Part shown: positions 61,995-64,000 of the stretch, one piece after another | Layout of the letters: each line of letters starts with the position of its first letter | Numbering within the stretch: the stretch's first letter is position 1 | Virus record (IMG/VR): IMGVR_UViG_3300037509_000067 | Coordinates: 30,952 to 94,951 of that record | Source of the DNA: a virus | DNA length: 64,000 bases | Direction: 5' to 3' (one strand) | Program-made: the position numbers and the translations under genes | The notes under the pieces: generated by a model | Seen by the model: the letters and a program-made list of their open reading frames with translations, nothing else | Told to the model about the DNA's origin: nothing | The model's database searches: none

Positions 61995-62168
61995 CTATGC
62001 AGACTTTGGGGTGACAGGCTCTAGGTAGTGAATAATTGATGGATATTTACTGTTCATTTCATTTACCCACGCCTTGCCGATCTGCTTTGTTACGGGGGCT
62101 TCCCCACCTTTGATTTCTTCTGGCTTGTCTTTTTGATACCACTTGATTAAATAAAGCTGTTCAGGCAT
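61995..62168 (-). CDS. Small hypothetical protein (57 aa)
   Basis: MPEQLYLIKWYQKDKPEEIKGGEAP...; hairpin GAGTGCC/GGCACTC at its 3' end. Confidence 0.55.
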   Translation of the reverse strand: MPEQLYLIKWYQKDKPEEIKGGEAPVTKQIGKAWVNEMNSKYPSIIHYLEPVTPKSA

Positions 62169-62501
62169 TTGTAGTTCTTTAGCTCAATCTACCCCAATAC
62201 TACCCCAATACTGCTGGGAGCGCAACAACCTTAAGAATCTTCCCTTAAGGGCGGCTGACACGCCGATTGTTTATGTGAGGGGGTATCCTTATCCCCATAG
62301 ATGAATTGTAGGGGCTTGCGGCTACCCCCTCACACTCCCCCGATTTTGGTCACCCCGGAGCAAGCTACACCGGAGGACGGAAGCGATCGCCCATAAGCCA
62401 TAATGGAACTAACAACTGTATGCATGATGTCCACTCAGCCCCAACCCAGGGGCTTTTTCATGCCTGCAATGCGTAGCTAATTAGCTAATCGACAGCGGAT
62501 A

Positions 62502-63815
62502 CTAGCTCGCCGGGAGCTTTACTACCGCCTCAGTTCCTACACCTTCCTGTGAAGCAATTGTAATTATCCCTCCTAGCCGCTCAACACTCTTCCTCGCGGT
62601 TACTAGCCCTAGACCCCTACCTGGAATAGAAAGAACGTTGCGTCCCCGCGCAAACGGCTGCCAAAGATCTTTTAAGTACTCGTGTGGAATCCCAACACCT
62701 TTATCGCGAATAATGAACAACAGGCTTTCGTCCTGCTGGATGCAGCGAAAGATCACAATTTCTTCGGAACTGTACTTGAGGGCATTGTCCAGAATGTTGA
62801 GTAAAGCCCTTCTCAGTAAAACCTTGTCAGTAGTAAAAGACCCATCTTGAACAAGGACTTTGATGCGATAAATGTCTAGCTCCCACGCCAATGTGAAGCA
62901 CCACTCCCTAAGCTCAATCGTCTCCAGCTTGATTGGTAGTGATAACTCAGTTACTCGTTGCAACTCCAGAACTTCTTTTGTGATCGCTTGGATTCGAGTA
63001 ATGCCAACCATGCCCAGGTTGTAAAACTTTTTAAAGTTGTCGTCGGTCACTCTTGAACGAGCGGTATCAAGAGCTACCCGGATTTGCAATAAAGGCGCTC
63101 CCACTTCGTGACCCACAAGGTTAACTAAGTCTCGCGCCGAAGTAGCAAGTCTTTCCTGACTAATCCGGGCTTCATGCTCAGCAGCAAGGGCAAGCGTCAA
63201 CGATTCCTGAGCTTTGACCAGATCCCTAAGCCACTTCTGAATCCAATAAAGAAGGGAAGCGACACTGATGCTCACCAGCATTGTTATTGCTAAGTCGCCA
63301 GCCCATGCCGCCCGCCGCTGCCGTAGCAGGGCGAGTCGTTCTGATTCCTCCTCTGCTTGGAGTCTTGCCAACACCTGGCGCTTAGCATCCATTAGCCGCT
63401 TCTGCCAGTCAATGCGTGGCTTCCCAGGACGTGCAATGAGATCTTCTGATAGCCGGATTTGCTCTGCAACTAGGCGCTTAAGTGTTTCAATCTCTTTCTG
63501 ATGTCCAGGGATAGCAACAAGCTTAGGCAGCGCCTCATCAAGTTGTTTGCGCCCTAGCTCGTAAGGTTCAAGGTACGATTTCTCTCTTGTGAGTAAATAC
63601 CCTCGCACCCCTGTCTCAGCATTAACCAAGGCATTTAAGACGCTAGTTGTCACATCGATATTTTCTCGAAGCTGCGTCAACCTAGCGCTACTCTCCTTCT
63701 CCGCTTTCAACCGGGAAGAAGGGAGGATTGCAATAGTCAGGACTAACGCCGCTGATCCGAAGAATGCGAACAATAAGCGGCGCTGGAGCTTAGTAGTGAT
63801 AGATGAAACGACCAT
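62502..63815 (-). CDS. CHASE3-domain sensor histidine kinase (divergent)
   Basis: TM, AETGVRGYLLT...YLEPY, TM, GHEVGAPL H-box, NILDNALKYS, DKGVGIP, GRGLGL. Confidence 0.9.
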   Translation of the reverse strand: MVVSSITTKLQRRLLFAFFGSAALVLTIAILPSSRLKAEKESSARLTQLRENIDVTTSVLNALVNAETGVRGYLLTREKSYLEPYELGRKQLDEALPKLVAIPGHQKEIETLKRLVAEQIRLSEDLIARPGKPRIDWQKRLMDAKRQVLARLQAEEESERLALLRQRRAAWAGDLAITMLVSISVASLLYWIQKWLRDLVKAQESLTLALAAEHEARISQERLATSARDLVNLVGHEVGAPLLQIRVALDTARSRVTDDNFKKFYNLGMVGITRIQAITKEVLELQRVTELSLPIKLETIELREWCFTLAWELDIYRIKVLVQDGSFTTDKVLLRRALLNILDNALKYSSEEIVIFRCIQQDESLLFIIRDKGVGIPHEYLKDLWQPFARGRNVLSIPGRGLGLVTARKSVERLGGIITIASQEGVGTEAVVKLPAS

Positions 63816-64000
63816 TGTTTTGAGGCGACTAAGTTCCTACTATAACGCCTGAGCAAGGGGTGCATCTGGTCGGCTGAGATGTATCAAACCTTCTAAATAT
63901 TTATTTATGAACCTATTGCCCCTGAAGGAGGATCTGGTATATGTGTCCCATACGTACCAGCCTTTTCTCTCCGTTTAACTCTAGAATTTAGAAGTTCTAA

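Noticed and set aside
1-64000. tRNA, rRNA, integrase, holin or endolysin genes
   Set aside because: No convincing signature found by eye; they may lie outside the window or be too divergent, so none is reported.

Overview
The window is most of a temperate, long-tailed (siphovirus-like) cyanobacterial prophage or phage-plasmid. Host assignment rests on more than 40 HIP1 octamers (GCGATCGC) counted by eye, against about 1 expected, plus cyanobacteria-type proteins. Layout: early/recombination genes (0.3-3.7 kb), an IS200/IS605 tnpB insertion (4.7-6.2 kb), a divergent repressor/cro-like switch (7.5-8.5 kb), middle and replication genes with an iteron-bearing initiator, a two-frame C5 methyltransferase, an antirepressor and an SF2 helicase (8.5-26 kb), terminase, portal and a 2H-phosphoesterase/protease fusion (27.5-33.2 kb), an inverted accessory/fibre cassette (33.2-38.4 kb), capsid, neck and tail genes with a -1 chaperone frameshift and a 2608-aa tape measure (38.5-60.6 kb), a second tnpB, and a CHASE3 histidine kinase. 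No integrase, lysis genes, tRNA, CRISPR array or reverse transcriptase were recognised. Best leads: (1) an Acb1-like 2H domain fused to the putative prohead protease; (2) a phage-borne homolog of the circadian regulator Pex; (3) an EcoHK31I-style overlapping-frame methyltransferase whose beta chain is fused to about 900 extra residues; (4) kinase, receiver-only and LuxR-only genes scattered through the late region; (5) a Rieske-motif protein, an HEXXH domain inside the tape measure, and an 8x HxH tail needle. Family calls come from motifs recognised by eye, not database searches.
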